Counted from the first letter of the stretch, positions 19,638-28,749 are shown. The stretch is DNA of 32,000 nt from Parasynechococcus marenigrum WH 8102 (GCF_000195975.1 NC_005070.1:780001-812000), one strand, 5' to 3'. The notes: generated by a model from the letters alone, not told the origin. Translations and numbers: made by a program.

Positions 19638-19693
19638 CCCTTAACCCACGGTTGTCGAGATGGTGTCACAGCTGATCAGCTGCGGCAATCCAA

Positions 19694-20359
19694 TCAAAGG
19701 GCTTGCAGATCGTCGAAGCGGAATGTCTGGGATCCAGCTGCTGTCTCGCCATGGGCTTCGGTGTCGATAACGCGCTCTGTCAACACCCACGGACCATCTC
19801 CGGAGAGAGGGGTGAAGGTGTCCTTGAAGCTGCTGCGTCCACCCTTCGCCTCACCCGTGGCCGGGTCGGCGTATTGGCTGGTGTACGTGTGGCTGAGATA
19901 GCCGGTGCTGGTGTTGGTGACCTCGGTCGTGAAGATCGTCACGACCGTTCCGTGAATATGACGATGCACCATGGTCACGACGTCATCCTTGATGCGGTAG
20001 CGGTCTCCTTCGCCTTTGCCACTGACCAGCACCTCGGTTCCAACGGCATCGGTATCGCCAGCGGTGAACTGGTTCTCGCCATGGGTCTGTTCGAAGCTGC
20101 GGCGGACGCGGTGGATGGCCACCTCCCAGAGCTGGGACTGAACCGCTTTCAAAACATCTGCATCGTCGATGCCCTCCACCTTGGTTTTAAGGTCTGCGCC
20201 CACTTCAAAGCGGCCTTCAACCTGTTGTTCCCCTTGCTGCCAGATGCAGCGGCCGCGGTAGCCGGAAAAGCCAGGATCCCAGGTGTAACGGTTTTCGTAG
20301 GCACGCCGGAACTGATCGCGAAGATCGCTGCCGGGTTTGACGGGGGCGGAGGCGGTCAC
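19694..20359 (-). CDS. Conserved cyanobacterial protein (DUF3386-like)
   Basis: 221-aa ORF with GTG start. LRDQFRRAYENRYTWDPGFSGYRG matches my memory of the DUF3386 N-terminus. Confidence 0.7.
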   Translation of the reverse strand: MTASAPVKPGSDLRDQFRRAYENRYTWDPGFSGYRGRCIWQQGEQQVEGRFEVGADLKTKVEGIDDADVLKAVQSQLWEVAIHRVRRSFEQTHGENQFTAGDTDAVGTEVLVSGKGEGDRYRIKDDVVTMVHRHIHGTVVTIFTTEVTNTSTGYLSHTYTSQYADPATGEAKGGRSSFKDTFTPLSGDGPWVLTERVIDTEAHGETAAGSQTFRFDDLQAL

Positions 20360-20390
20360 GGCGGTGGTTCTGCTGCTGCAACCCTACCGA

Positions 20391-23300
20391 TCACCGCCGG
20401 GTGCCATGGACGTCCTGCAGAGCATTGATGCTGAGGGTGGGCTGGCTCTGAAGTGTGGCGATGGCCTCCACCGCAGCGCGGGCACCAGCCAGGGTGGTGA
20501 CAGTGGGAACGGCATAGTCCAGGGCTGCCCGGCGCAGGTACTTGTCGTCATGGGCAGCCTGGCGGCCGATGGGGGTGTTAATCACCAGCTGCACCTGATT
20601 GGACCGGATCATGTCCTCGATGTTGGGGCGACCCTCATGCACCTTCAGCACAGCGTTCACCGTCAGCCCCGCCTTGGTCAGAACATCAGCGGTGCCTGAG
20701 GTGGCGATCAGATCGAAGCCCAATTTGGCAAGTCGTTCGGCCACAGGAACCAGAGCGGGCTTGTCACGGTTATGGGTCGACAGGAACACCGTGCCGGTGG
20801 TGGGGAGTGCTTCGCCGGCGCCCAGTTCAGCCTTGGCGTAGGCCATCCCGAAACTGTCGGCAGACCCCATCACCTCACCGGTGGAGCGCATTTCCGGGCC
20901 TAGCACCGTGTCTGCACCTGGGAAGCGTCTGAACGGCAGCACGGCTTCCTTGATCGTTTGCAGTGGTGGTTGAGGTTCTGTCGTCAATCCCACCTGTTGC
21001 AGCGTTTCGCCAGCCATCAGACGGGTCGCGATGCGAGCCAGGGGCTGACCGGTGGCCTTGGCCACGAACGGCACCGTGCGGGACGCCCGCGGATTGGCCT
21101 CGATGATGTAAACGACTTCCTCACCCTCGGCGTTCCGTTGAACGGCGAACTGGAGGTTGATCAGCCCCTGCACCTTCAACGCGAGGGCCAGGCCGCGGCT
21201 CCACTCACGGATCGTGCCGAGGGCTCCCTCTCCAAGAGAGACGGCGGGAAGGCAGCAGGCGGAATCACCGGAATGGATGCCCGCCGGTTCGATGTGTTCC
21301 ATCAGGCCGCCGATGACCACGTTGCCTTCGTGGTCGCAGAGCGCATCGACGTCCACCTCAACCGCATTTTCCAGGTACTGGTCGATCAGCACCGGATGGT
21401 CGGGTTCCACCTGAACCGCCTCCAGCATGTAGCGATTCAGCTCCTGTTCGTCGAAGACCACCTCCATGGCGCGACCACCCAGCACATAGGACGGGCGGAC
21501 CACCACCGGATAGCCCACGCGGGTCGCCACATCCCGGGCTTCCGTCTCACTGCGGGCCAGGCCATGCCGGGGCTGGCGAATCTCCAGTTGGCTCAGGATC
21601 GCTTCGAACTGCTCGCGATCTTCAGCACGGTCGATCGACTCCGGAGACGTGCCCCAGATCTGGGTCCCTGTGGCGCGACCTTCCTCGGAGTTGAGCCAGT
21701 TCAGCAGGGGAATCGCCAGTTTCAATGGGGTCTGCCCCCCGAACTGGACCACCACGCCGTCCGGTTGCTCGACCTCGATCACATTGAGGACATCCTCGAG
21801 GGTGAGGGGTTCGAAATAAAGGCTGTCGCTGGTGTCGTAGTCCGTCGAGACGGTCTCCGGGTTGCTGTTCACCATCACCGATGTGATGCCTGCGTCCTGA
21901 GCGGCGAAGGAGGCATGGCAGCAGCAGTAGTCGAATTCGATCCCCTGGCCAATTCGGTTGGGCCCGCCCCCAAGGATCATCACCTTGCGCCCGCTGCTGC
22001 TATTACTCACTTCGCTGGCTGGGGACAGCGTTGTGAGGCTTCCGTCGCTGTTCAGCTGTTGGATCGAGCGCTCGTAGGTCGAGTAGTGATATGGCGTGGT
22101 GGATGCGAATTCAGCCGCACAGGTGTCAACGGTCTTGAACACGGCTCGGATCCCGTGGTCATGGCGATGACGCCGCACACTCAATTCATCGCTATCGGTC
22201 TGCCAGGCGATCTGGCGATCCGAAAAGCCGAGTTGCTTGAGTTCGAGCAACTTCGGAGCGGAAAGGTCGCCCAGCTGCCGACCGCGCAACAGCTGTTGCT
22301 CAGCGTCGACGATGCTTCGCAGCTTGGCCAGGAACCAGGGATCAATGCTGCTGATCCGGTGAATCTCAGCATCGCTACGGCCACGCAGCATGGCGCTGCG
22401 GACGCAGAGAATCCGCTCCGGTGACGGGGTGCGCAGCAGGCGATCGATATCGGCTTCACTGAGCTCCGGTTCCGGTCTGTCCCCACCCCATCCGGAATAA
22501 CCGGTTTCCAGGGAACGCATCGCTTTCTGGAAGGATTCCTCGAAGCTGCGGCCGATGGCCATCGCTTCTCCCACCGACTTCATCGATGTGGTGAGCACCG
22601 CCGGGCTGCCCCTGAATTTTTCAAAAGCGAACCGTGGAATCTTGGTGACCACGTAATCAATGGTGGGCTCAAAACAGGCCGGTGTCTTACCGGTGATGTC
22701 GTTGAGGATCTCGTCAAGCGTGAAGCCGATGGCCAACCGAGCGGCGATTTTGGCGATCGGGAATCCGGTGGCTTTGCTGGCCAAGGCCGAGGACCGGCTC
22801 ACCCTTGGATTCATTTCGATCACCACCACATCGCCGTTGTCGGGGTTGATGGCGAACTGGATGTTGCTGCCTCCGGTGGCAACGCCGATTTCGCGGATGA
22901 TCGCGATCGATTGGTCCCGCAGTCGCTGGTACTCCCGATCCGTCAGCGTCTGTGCCGGAGCCACCGTGATGGAGTCGCCCGTATGGACGCCCATCGGATC
23001 CAGGTTTTCGATGCTGCAGAGGATCACGACGTTGTCCGCCTGATCGCGCATCACCTCGAGTTCAAATTCCTTCCAACCCAGCAAGGACTGTTCGATCAGG
23101 ATCTGGGAGACCGGACTGGCTTCCAGACCGCTTTTGCAGATGGCGGCGTACTCCTCAGGGTTGTATGCGATCCCTCCTCCACTACCCCCCAGGGTGAAGG
23201 CCGGTCGGATGATTCTCGGGAAGCTGCCGATGGCGGCTCCCACAGCTTCAGCTTCTTCCAGGGTGGAGGCGATGCCGGATGGGCAGACCTGCACTCCGAT

Positions 23301-23714
23301 GCGTTCCATCGCCTGCTTGAACAGCAGACGGTCCTCCGCCTTCTGGATGGCCTGGAGATCGGCTCCGATCAGCTCAACCCCGTAACGCTCCAGGGTGCCG
23401 TTTTCCGCCAGGGTGACGGCAAGGTTCAGAGCGGTCTGCCCGCCCATGGTTGGCAGCAGTGCATCCGGACGCTCCCGTTCGATCACACGGGTGACGACAT
23501 CAGGCGTCAGTGGTTCGATGTAGGTCCGATCCGCCATCTCCGGATCGGTCATGATTGAAGCCGGATTGGAGTTCACGAGGATCACCTCGTACCCCTCAGA
23601 CCGCAATGCTTTGCAGGCCTGGGTTCCGGAATAGTCGAATTCACAGGCTTGTCCGATCACGATCGGACCGGAGCCCAGCAGAAGGATGCGCCGCAGATCG
23701 GTCCTCCGAGGCAT
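20391..23714 (-). CDS. carB: Carbamoyl-phosphate synthase large subunit
   Basis: 1107 aa. [37 protein letters not shown], duplicated ATP-grasp halves, and a C-terminal MGS-like domain. Confidence 0.97.
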   Translation of the reverse strand: MPRRTDLRRILLLGSGPIVIGQACEFDYSGTQACKALRSEGYEVILVNSNPASIMTDPEMADRTYIEPLTPDVVTRVIERERPDALLPTMGGQTALNLAVTLAENGTLERYGVELIGADLQAIQKAEDRLLFKQAMERIGVQVCPSGIASTLEEAEAVGAAIGSFPRIIRPAFTLGGSGGGIAYNPEEYAAICKSGLEASPVSQILIEQSLLGWKEFELEVMRDQADNVVILCSIENLDPMGVHTGDSITVAPAQTLTDREYQRLRDQSIAIIREIGVATGGSNIQFAINPDNGDVVVIEMNPRVSRSSALASKATGFPIAKIAARLAIGFTLDEILNDITGKTPACFEPTIDYVVTKIPRFAFEKFRGSPAVLTTSMKSVGEAMAIGRSFEESFQKAMRSLETGYSGWGGDRPEPELSEADIDRLLRTPSPERILCVRSAMLRGRSDAEIHRISSIDPWFLAKLRSIVDAEQQLLRGRQLGDLSAPKLLELKQLGFSDRQIAWQTDSDELSVRRHRHDHGIRAVFKTVDTCAAEFASTTPYHYSTYERSIQQLNSDGSLTTLSPASEVSNSSSGRKVMILGGGPNRIGQGIEFDYCCCHASFAAQDAGITSVMVNSNPETVSTDYDTSDSLYFEPLTLEDVLNVIEVEQPDGVVVQFGGQTPLKLAIPLLNWLNSEEGRATGTQIWGTSPESIDRAEDREQFEAILSQLEIRQPRHGLARSETEARDVATRVGYPVVVRPSYVLGGRAMEVVFDEQELNRYMLEAVQVEPDHPVLIDQYLENAVEVDVDALCDHEGNVVIGGLMEHIEPAGIHSGDSACCLPAVSLGEGALGTIREWSRGLALALKVQGLINLQFAVQRNAEGEEVVYIIEANPRASRTVPFVAKATGQPLARIATRLMAGETLQQVGLTTEPQPPLQTIKEAVLPFRRFPGADTVLGPEMRSTGEVMGSADSFGMAYAKAELGAGEALPTTGTVFLSTHNRDKPALVPVAERLAKLGFDLIATSGTADVLTKAGLTVNAVLKVHEGRPNIEDMIRSNQVQLVINTPIGRQAAHDDKYLRRAALDYAVPTVTTLAGARAAVEAIATLQSQPTLSINALQDVHGTRR

Positions 23715-23809
23715 GGGCAGTCGCTTCAGGCCAAACCTTGACAGCCTCTCACGCGGGTGCTGTGGGCCCTGGCCTCGCTACGGTTGTCCTATGAAGAATT
23801 TCGGTTGCG

Positions 23810-24445
23810 ATGAGTGAGCTCCAGCGCCTGAAGGGGTTGCTGCCACCGGAAATGCAGAGCTGGGTGTTTGTGGAGACTGCTGCAGCAGTCGATCCACCTC
23901 TGATCACGCTCGAGGAGATCGGCCGTGATGAGGTGGAAATCCAAGTTGACCTTGATGCCTGGGATTCCATGGCGTTGGACCACCGCAACCTGCTGTTCTG
24001 GCATGAAGTCGGTCGCATTCAGAACGACACGATTCCGCGCGACGGCTGGGAAATGGCAGCCTTGGCGATCGGTCTGGGCGGCGCCATCGGTGAACTCTGG
24101 GTTCAGGATGGCCTGCTGCTGATGATGGCTCTTGGGTTGTCTGGTTTTGCCGGTTATCGGCTCTATCTAAAGAACAATTCCGAAAAACGCCTGCAGGACG
24201 CCATCAGCGCCGACGAACGCGCCATTGATCTGGCCTGCCGGTTTGGCTACAGCGTGCCCAACGCTTACCGAAGCCTCGGTGGCGCTCTGAAGGAACTGGT
24301 TGAGCAGACCCGCAAGAAGAAGCGGAGGAGTTACTACGAAGATCGTCTGGAGGCACTGCGCAAGAGCGCCAGCAAAGCCCGTGCTGAGATGGCCCAGCAG
24401 GAAGGCTCCCGTAGTTCCGTCACCAGCGAGAACGTTTATGGATAG
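23810..24445 (+). CDS. Conserved cyanobacterial membrane protein (DUF3318-like)
   Basis: 211-aa ATG ORF. Central hydrophobic pair AALAIGLGGAIGELW and LLLMMALGLSGFAGYRLY, with a basic C-terminal tail. Family recalled, not searched. Confidence 0.6.
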   Translation: MSELQRLKGLLPPEMQSWVFVETAAAVDPPLITLEEIGRDEVEIQVDLDAWDSMALDHRNLLFWHEVGRIQNDTIPRDGWEMAALAIGLGGAIGELWVQDGLLLMMALGLSGFAGYRLYLKNNSEKRLQDAISADERAIDLACRFGYSVPNAYRSLGGALKELVEQTRKKKRRSYYEDRLEALRKSASKARAEMAQQEGSRSSVTSENVYG

Positions 24446-24800
24446 TCAACAGTTGGCGGATCTTGCTGCCGAGGCCTGTGATGACCGCAAGGCATCCGAC
24501 ATCCGATTGATTCGGGTGGACGAGGTGTCGAGCCTGGCGGATTGGATGGTGATCGCCGGCGGCCAATCGGATGTGCAGGTGCGAGCCATCGCACGATCCG
24601 TCGAGGATCGATTAGAAACCGAGGCGGAGCGCCTGCCTTTGCGCAAAGAAGGTGTGCAGGAAGGCCGCTGGGCGTTGCTTGATTACGGCGAGCTGATCGT
24701 CCATGTGCTGATGCCCGATGAGCGGGGCTACTACGACCTTGAAGCCTTCTGGAGCCACGGGGAGACCCGCGCCTTCCTACCGTCACCCACAGTGAGCTGA
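24438..24800 (+). CDS. rsfS: Ribosome silencing factor RsfS
   Basis: MDSQQLADLAAEACDDRKASDIRLIRVDEVSSLADWMVIAGGQSDVQVRAIA...WALLDYGELIVHVLMPDERGYYDLEAFW. ATG 24438 overlaps the upstream stop (ATGGATAG). Confidence 0.85.
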   Translation: MDSQQLADLAAEACDDRKASDIRLIRVDEVSSLADWMVIAGGQSDVQVRAIARSVEDRLETEAERLPLRKEGVQEGRWALLDYGELIVHVLMPDERGYYDLEAFWSHGETRAFLPSPTVS

Positions 24801-24805
24801 ACGGC

Positions 24806-25300
24806 ATGGACGAGCTCGTCTCCTGCCCCGTACCTCCGGAGCAGAGACCGCTGGAGGAATTTCAGCAGCTCTCCGAGTCCTGGTTTTTCTCCTGGCCAAC
24901 GGGAGAGGTGTCGTCCCTGAAGCGCAGTCTGCTGATCAGCTGGATGTTGATGCTGCCGCTCTGCACACTGGTTGCCAGTGGCAGCTTGACCCTGAAAGCG
25001 GACCCTCCCCGACTCGTCGTGGCAGGAGCCGTCGCCGCTTTAGTCCTCCCCTTGTTGCTGCTGGTGCGCCAGTGGTTGGGCTGGACCTACGTTATGCATA
25101 GGCTCCTGTCTGAAAGCGTTGATTACGAGGAATCCGGTTGGTATGACGGCCAGACCTGGGAAAAGCCCCTGTCGTGGCGGACTCGTGATCTTCTGGTGGC
25201 GCGTCACGAGGTCCGTCCAATTCTGAGCCGGTTGGGTCGGGCCATGGCCATGGCTGCTGGACTGATGCTGGGGGGTGCGAGCCTCTGTCAGGCTCTCTGA
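24806..25300 (+). CDS. Ycf36/CGLD27 (DUF1230)-like membrane protein
   Basis: CPVPPEQRPLEEFQQLSESWFFSWP followed by two hydrophobic segments, and YEESGWYDGQTWEKP. Pattern recalled for Ycf36. Confidence 0.65.
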   Translation: MDELVSCPVPPEQRPLEEFQQLSESWFFSWPTGEVSSLKRSLLISWMLMLPLCTLVASGSLTLKADPPRLVVAGAVAALVLPLLLLVRQWLGWTYVMHRLLSESVDYEESGWYDGQTWEKPLSWRTRDLLVARHEVRPILSRLGRAMAMAAGLMLGGASLCQAL

Positions 25301-25319
25301 ACTACCCCCTGCCACGGGA

Positions 25320-26297
25320 ATGACCCTTTCCTCGGGATTCAGCGGCACCTCCCGCTCCGGTACGGCGCCATTGGAGGTCACCTTAAAGCGGGGCTGCATC
25401 GCCGAATCGGTTCATCGGGTGCATGCGGTGGTTTGTGATGGCCGCGGCCGTGTGCTGATGTCGGCAGGCGAGGCCGGCTTGCAGACCTTCATTCGATCGG
25501 CTCTGAAACCCTTCCAGGCGCTGCCATTTCTCAGCAGTGGTGCTGCGGCAGCGATGGATGCGGGTGAACGTGGTCTGGCCATCAGCTGTGCGTCCCATTC
25601 GGGTAGTCACGGCCATGCCCGGGAAGCCTTCAAGTTGCTCTGGAAGGCCGAATTGGAGGCGAGCCATCTGCAGTGCCCCGTGCCGTTGGGGTCGGAGAGT
25701 CCGCTTCAGCACAACTGCTCTGGGAAGCATGCGGCGTTTCTGGCCACCAGTCGGAAGATGGCTTGGCCCTTGGACAGCTATCTGCAGAGCGATCACCCCC
25801 TTCAGGTGGAGATCAACCGACGTGTGGCCGAGCTGCTGGGTTTGCCTGCCGAGGAGTTGGTGGCAGCGAGGGATGACTGTGGCGCCCCAACGCTGAGGCT
25901 GCAGCTGGCCCAGATGGCTTTGCTCTACGCCCATCTGGGTGCGTCACGCCATGCGGAACTGGAGCAGATCAGCCGGGCGATGCTGGCCCATCCGGATCTG
26001 GTTGCAGGGGACGGTCGATTCGATACGGAGCTGATGCGCCGCAGCCACGGCCAGGTGCTGTCCAAAGGTGGAGCTGAGGGGGTCCAGTGTCTGAGCCGCG
26101 TCGGGGAGGGGCTCGGGGTTGCCATCAAGGTGGAAGATGGCTCCCGTCGTGCCAAACAGGCCGTCGCCCTTCATCTTCTGGGGCAGCTGGAGTGGTTGAC
26201 ACCGCTTGGGCTCGAAGAACTCGAGGATCAGGTCCTGATCGTCAACCCAGGCGTCAGCCTGGAGGTGCAGGGGGCCTTGAAGTTTCAGCAAAGCTGA
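25320..26297 (+). CDS. Asparaginase family protein (L-asparaginase II type)
   Basis: VTLKRGCIAESVHRVHAVVCDGRGRVL...IRSALKPFQALPFLSSGAA...LAISCASHSGSHGH...CSGKHAA. Start set at ATG 25320. Confidence 0.8.
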   Translation: MTLSSGFSGTSRSGTAPLEVTLKRGCIAESVHRVHAVVCDGRGRVLMSAGEAGLQTFIRSALKPFQALPFLSSGAAAAMDAGERGLAISCASHSGSHGHAREAFKLLWKAELEASHLQCPVPLGSESPLQHNCSGKHAAFLATSRKMAWPLDSYLQSDHPLQVEINRRVAELLGLPAEELVAARDDCGAPTLRLQLAQMALLYAHLGASRHAELEQISRAMLAHPDLVAGDGRFDTELMRRSHGQVLSKGGAEGVQCLSRVGEGLGVAIKVEDGSRRAKQAVALHLLGQLEWLTPLGLEELEDQVLIVNPGVSLEVQGALKFQQS

Positions 26298-26345
26298 AGT
26301 CTTTCTGTGTCGGGCGACACCGACCTGTATGATTTTTAGGTGCTC

Positions 26346-26422
<77 letters not shown>

Positions 26423-26438
26423 ATTCTGATTGAATTTG

Positions 26439-26467
26439 AGATCCCTCCATCGGGGATCTTTTTTTTG
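26439..26467 (+). terminator. Rho-independent terminator after tRNA-fMet
   Basis: AGATCCC (26439-45), loop, GGGATCT (26453-59), followed by a run of T to 26466. Confidence 0.7.
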
Positions 26468-26470
26468 TCC

Positions 26471-28114
26471 GTGCGCGTGTCCACAGCAAGCCAGAGCGAG
26501 CCAATCAATGGATCCTGGGATGCCATCGTCGTCGGCTCTGGGGCCTGCGGTGGCGTTGCTGCCCTGACCTTGGCTGACGGTGGTGCTCGGGTCCTGTTGA
26601 TCGATGCGGGACCGGATCTGACGCCGAAGGCAGCACTGGGGTCGGAACCCGCCAATGCGATGCGACGGCTGGCGGGGCTCAGCAGCGGCAGCCATCAACT
26701 CCAGGCCCAGCATCCCGGCTATTGGAAAGCCAATCCCAGGCTGTATGCCGACGAACGGCTGCACCCCTACAGCCATCCGCCTGACCGGCCGTTCCTCTGG
26801 ACCCGAGGCCTTCAGGTGGGTGGGCGCAGCCTCACCTGGGGTGGCATCACCCTGCGCCTCTCGGATGAGGATTTTATTGGTATCGAGGCTCCAGATGGGG
26901 TGACCACGTGGCCGATTCGTGCCGCCGATCTTGAGCGGGACTACGCCGCGCTGGAGAGGATGCTGGGGGTCCACGGTGGACGTGACGGTCTGCCGCAGTT
27001 ACCCGATGGTGAGACCCAGGAGCCGTTGCCGTTCACGGCAGCTGAACAGCGTTTCGCTGATGCGATGCGCGACCAACTGGCGCTGCCGGTGATTCACTCA
27101 CGCGGCTTTGGCCCGCATCGACCGGACCAGGATGGCCCCTGGCCGCGCTCCAGCAGCCGCGGCAGCACGCTGCCTCAGGCGATGGCGACAGGACGGGTTC
27201 AGCTGCTCTCCGGGCATCTGCTGGAGCATCTGTTGCTTGAGAAGGGCAGTGACCGGGCGACGGGTGCGGTTGTCGTTGATCAGGCCAACGGCAACCGTCG
27301 AATTGTCGTTGCCGATCTGGTGGTGCTGTGCGCCTCCACCATCCAGACCCTGGCCATTCTGCTGCGCTCTCAGGAGCAGGGCCTGAAGGACCCTTCCGAA
27401 CGTCTTGGCACGCGGCTGATGGATCACGTCTCCACCAGCCAGTTCTTCTGCATGCCAGAGCAGTCGGACTCGCCTCAGCCCCCCCTCACCGGCGCCGGCA
27501 GCTTCTTTCTTCCGTTCGGTCGCCGGCTTGAGGGAGCCAAGTTTCGTGGCGGTTATGGCTTGTGGGGAGGGATCGGTCGCTTTGATCCACCGGCGGTGCT
27601 GCGGCGCCGCTCAAGCACCGTCACGGGCTTTCTGATCGGTCACGGGGAGGTGATCCCGCAGGCCAGCAATCGGGTCAGCCTCAGCGGTGCGGTGGATCGC
27701 TGGGGTGTGGCCGTGCCCCACATCGACTGCCAGTGGAGCGCCAATGAAACAGCGATGGTGGCGCACATGCGACGTCAGATGGGGATCTGCATCAAAGCGG
27801 CTGGTGGTGAGGCTCTCCCCCTGAAAGACCTGTTTCGATTGCCCTTGATCGAACCGCTGTTGCAAGGGGCTGTTGCCCTATCCGATGGCGCCTCTCCGCC
27901 GGGCTATTACATCCATGAAGTGGGTGGTGCTGCGATGGGCGCTGATCCATCTCAGGGCGTGGTCGATGTGTTCAACCGGCTCTGGGCAGCGTCCAATGTG
28001 CTGGTGGTGGATGGAGCCTGCTGGCCGACGTCTGCCTGGCAGAGCCCGACCCTCACGATGATGGCGATCACGCAACGCGCCTGCCTGGAGGCACTCAGGG
28101 GTCGCGGCGGCTGA
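26471..28114 (+). CDS. GMC-family FAD-dependent oxidoreductase
   Basis: WDAIVVGSGACGGVAALTLADGGARVLLIDAGPD (the GxGxxG FAD fold). C-terminal GMC-type HEVGGAAMG...VVDGACWPTS. No in-frame ATG; the start is GTG 26471, GTG 26477 or TTG 26465. Confidence 0.8.
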   Translation: MRVSTASQSEPINGSWDAIVVGSGACGGVAALTLADGGARVLLIDAGPDLTPKAALGSEPANAMRRLAGLSSGSHQLQAQHPGYWKANPRLYADERLHPYSHPPDRPFLWTRGLQVGGRSLTWGGITLRLSDEDFIGIEAPDGVTTWPIRAADLERDYAALERMLGVHGGRDGLPQLPDGETQEPLPFTAAEQRFADAMRDQLALPVIHSRGFGPHRPDQDGPWPRSSSRGSTLPQAMATGRVQLLSGHLLEHLLLEKGSDRATGAVVVDQANGNRRIVVADLVVLCASTIQTLAILLRSQEQGLKDPSERLGTRLMDHVSTSQFFCMPEQSDSPQPPLTGAGSFFLPFGRRLEGAKFRGGYGLWGGIGRFDPPAVLRRRSSTVTGFLIGHGEVIPQASNRVSLSGAVDRWGVAVPHIDCQWSANETAMVAHMRRQMGICIKAAGGEALPLKDLFRLPLIEPLLQGAVALSDGASPPGYYIHEVGGAAMGADPSQGVVDVFNRLWAASNVLVVDGACWPTSAWQSPTLTMMAITQRACLEALRGRGG

Positions 28115-28361
28115 ACAGATCGTTGAGGTAGCGCTCGGTGACCGCACGATCTTCACAGCCGTTCTGAAACAGAAAGTGGGCCAGCGCTGAACTCATCACC
28201 CGATATTGATCCCAATGAGGGTGTTCGCCGATGAAGTCCTTCATGCCGCGGTACAGCACTTCTGGGATCTCCGCCTCCATACTCACGTAGGACGCTGCAG
28301 CCTCAGCAGATTTCTCCGCAACGCCCATTTCGTGGCATCGCTCCAGATAATTCCGATCCAT
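28095..28361 (-). CDS. Small conserved cyanobacterial protein (DUF2811-like)
   Basis: 88-aa ATG ORF ...VSMEAEIPEVLYRGMKDFIGEHPHWDQYRVMSSALAHFLFQNG. The pattern matches my memory of DUF2811. Its 3' end overlaps the GMC gene by 20 nt. Confidence 0.6.
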   Translation of the reverse strand: MDRNYLERCHEMGVAEKSAEAAASYVSMEAEIPEVLYRGMKDFIGEHPHWDQYRVMSSALAHFLFQNGCEDRAVTERYLNDLFSRRDP

Positions 28362-28417
28362 TCAGCCTGTCAATCGCTCTTTGACATCCCCAAGAAAGCC
28401 ACATCAGACAGGGTTGC

Positions 28418-28432
28418 GTCAAAGCCTTTGAC
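28418..28432. promoter_or_regulatory. 15-bp palindrome GTCAAAG-C-CTTTGAC upstream of the DUF2811-like gene (candidate operator)
   Basis: Perfect 7-bp arms around a single centre base. The half-site TGTCAAAG recurs at 28379-28386 (minus-strand reading). Confidence 0.3.
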
Positions 28433-28440
28433 AATCTTGT

Positions 28441-28498
28441 AAAAACCTCTGAGACGGCATGAGACTGCTGTTCTGATCAGGGTTTAGCAGGACGTCTC
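28441..28498 (-). terminator. Candidate terminator: interrupted hairpin plus T-run on the minus strand
   Basis: Reading the minus strand: GAGACG..CTGCT..loop..AGCAG..CGTCTC (plus coordinates 28451-56/28493-98 and 28465-69/28486-90), then AGAGGTTTTT. The stem is interrupted and the T-run is short. Confidence 0.35.
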
Positions 28499-28690
28499 CG
28501 TCGTGGGACCAGCCCGCTTACCGGCGGTATGCGCTCTGTCAACCGGATCCTGTCGGTGCCGCGAAGTCCACAGCCCTCAGGCGGCTCGGCCCTCCGCGGA
28601 TGGGGGCTGTGGAAAAAGGTGCTGATGCTGTGGAGAAATTGGTGAAGCCAGATTTCGATTCTCACCGATCAGAAAAACTGATCTCAGCAA
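28499..28690 (-). ncRNA. Candidate structured RNA element (unclassified); strand uncertain
   Basis: Non-coding GC-rich segment with an 11-bp helix (28568-78/28602-12), a nested GC helix, and two competing hairpins at 28639-28683. See findings. Confidence 0.25.
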
Positions 28691-28749
28691 TGTCCAGGAT
28701 GTCGCTGACGAGACCGGTTGTCGGTGTCACGGAAAACACCGCTGATCTC

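Noticed and set aside
20958-22424. Very long ORFs antisense to real genes. Examples: 488 aa opposite carB, 414 aa at 18657..19901 opposite the symporter, 383 aa at 11350..12501 and 279 aa at 8851..9690 opposite chlH, and 209 aa at 14209..14838 opposite folP.
   Set aside because: Their composition is Arg/Gly/Pro/His-rich and low in complexity, they carry no motifs, and each lies opposite a strongly recognisable conserved gene. This is the expected stop-codon-poor antisense artefact of roughly 60% GC DNA.
28521-28540. RNase P RNA-like string ACAGAGCGCATACCGCCGG on the minus strand, comparable to ACAGAAACAUACCGCCGAUGG in cyanobacterial rnpB, in a spacer of about the right length.
   Set aside because: The universally conserved P4 elements (GAGGAAAGUCCGGGCU and ACAGAACCCGGCUUA) are absent from the spacer on both strands.
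28568-28612. Two-piece (permuted) tmRNA hypothesis. GGGGCTG on the plus strand pairs with an upstream CAGCCC, as in a permuted ssrA gene, which marine Synechococcus are known to carry.
   Set aside because: There is no T-arm (GGTTCGAnTCC-like) next to the 3' acceptor strand, no ACCA after it, no G3:U70 in the right register, and no plausible tag reading frame (ANN...AA*) on either strand.
28639-28668. tRNA 3'-end-like fragment on the minus strand (GATCGGTGAGAATCGAAATCTGGCTTCACCA) that loosely resembles the 3' third of the nearby tRNA-fMet. It could be a remnant att site of a tRNA-targeting island.
   Set aside because: It is in the opposite orientation to the tRNA gene, only scattered positions match, the T-stem does not pair, and the intervening genes (GMC oxidoreductase, DUF2811-like) show neither atypical composition nor an integrase.
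28664-28700. TPP-riboswitch-like CTGAGA ... CTGATC strings on the minus strand.
   Set aside because: The conserved GGGGUGC, ACCC and AUAAUGCCAGCG elements are missing. The strings are simply the arms of the GATCAG/CTGATC hairpin.
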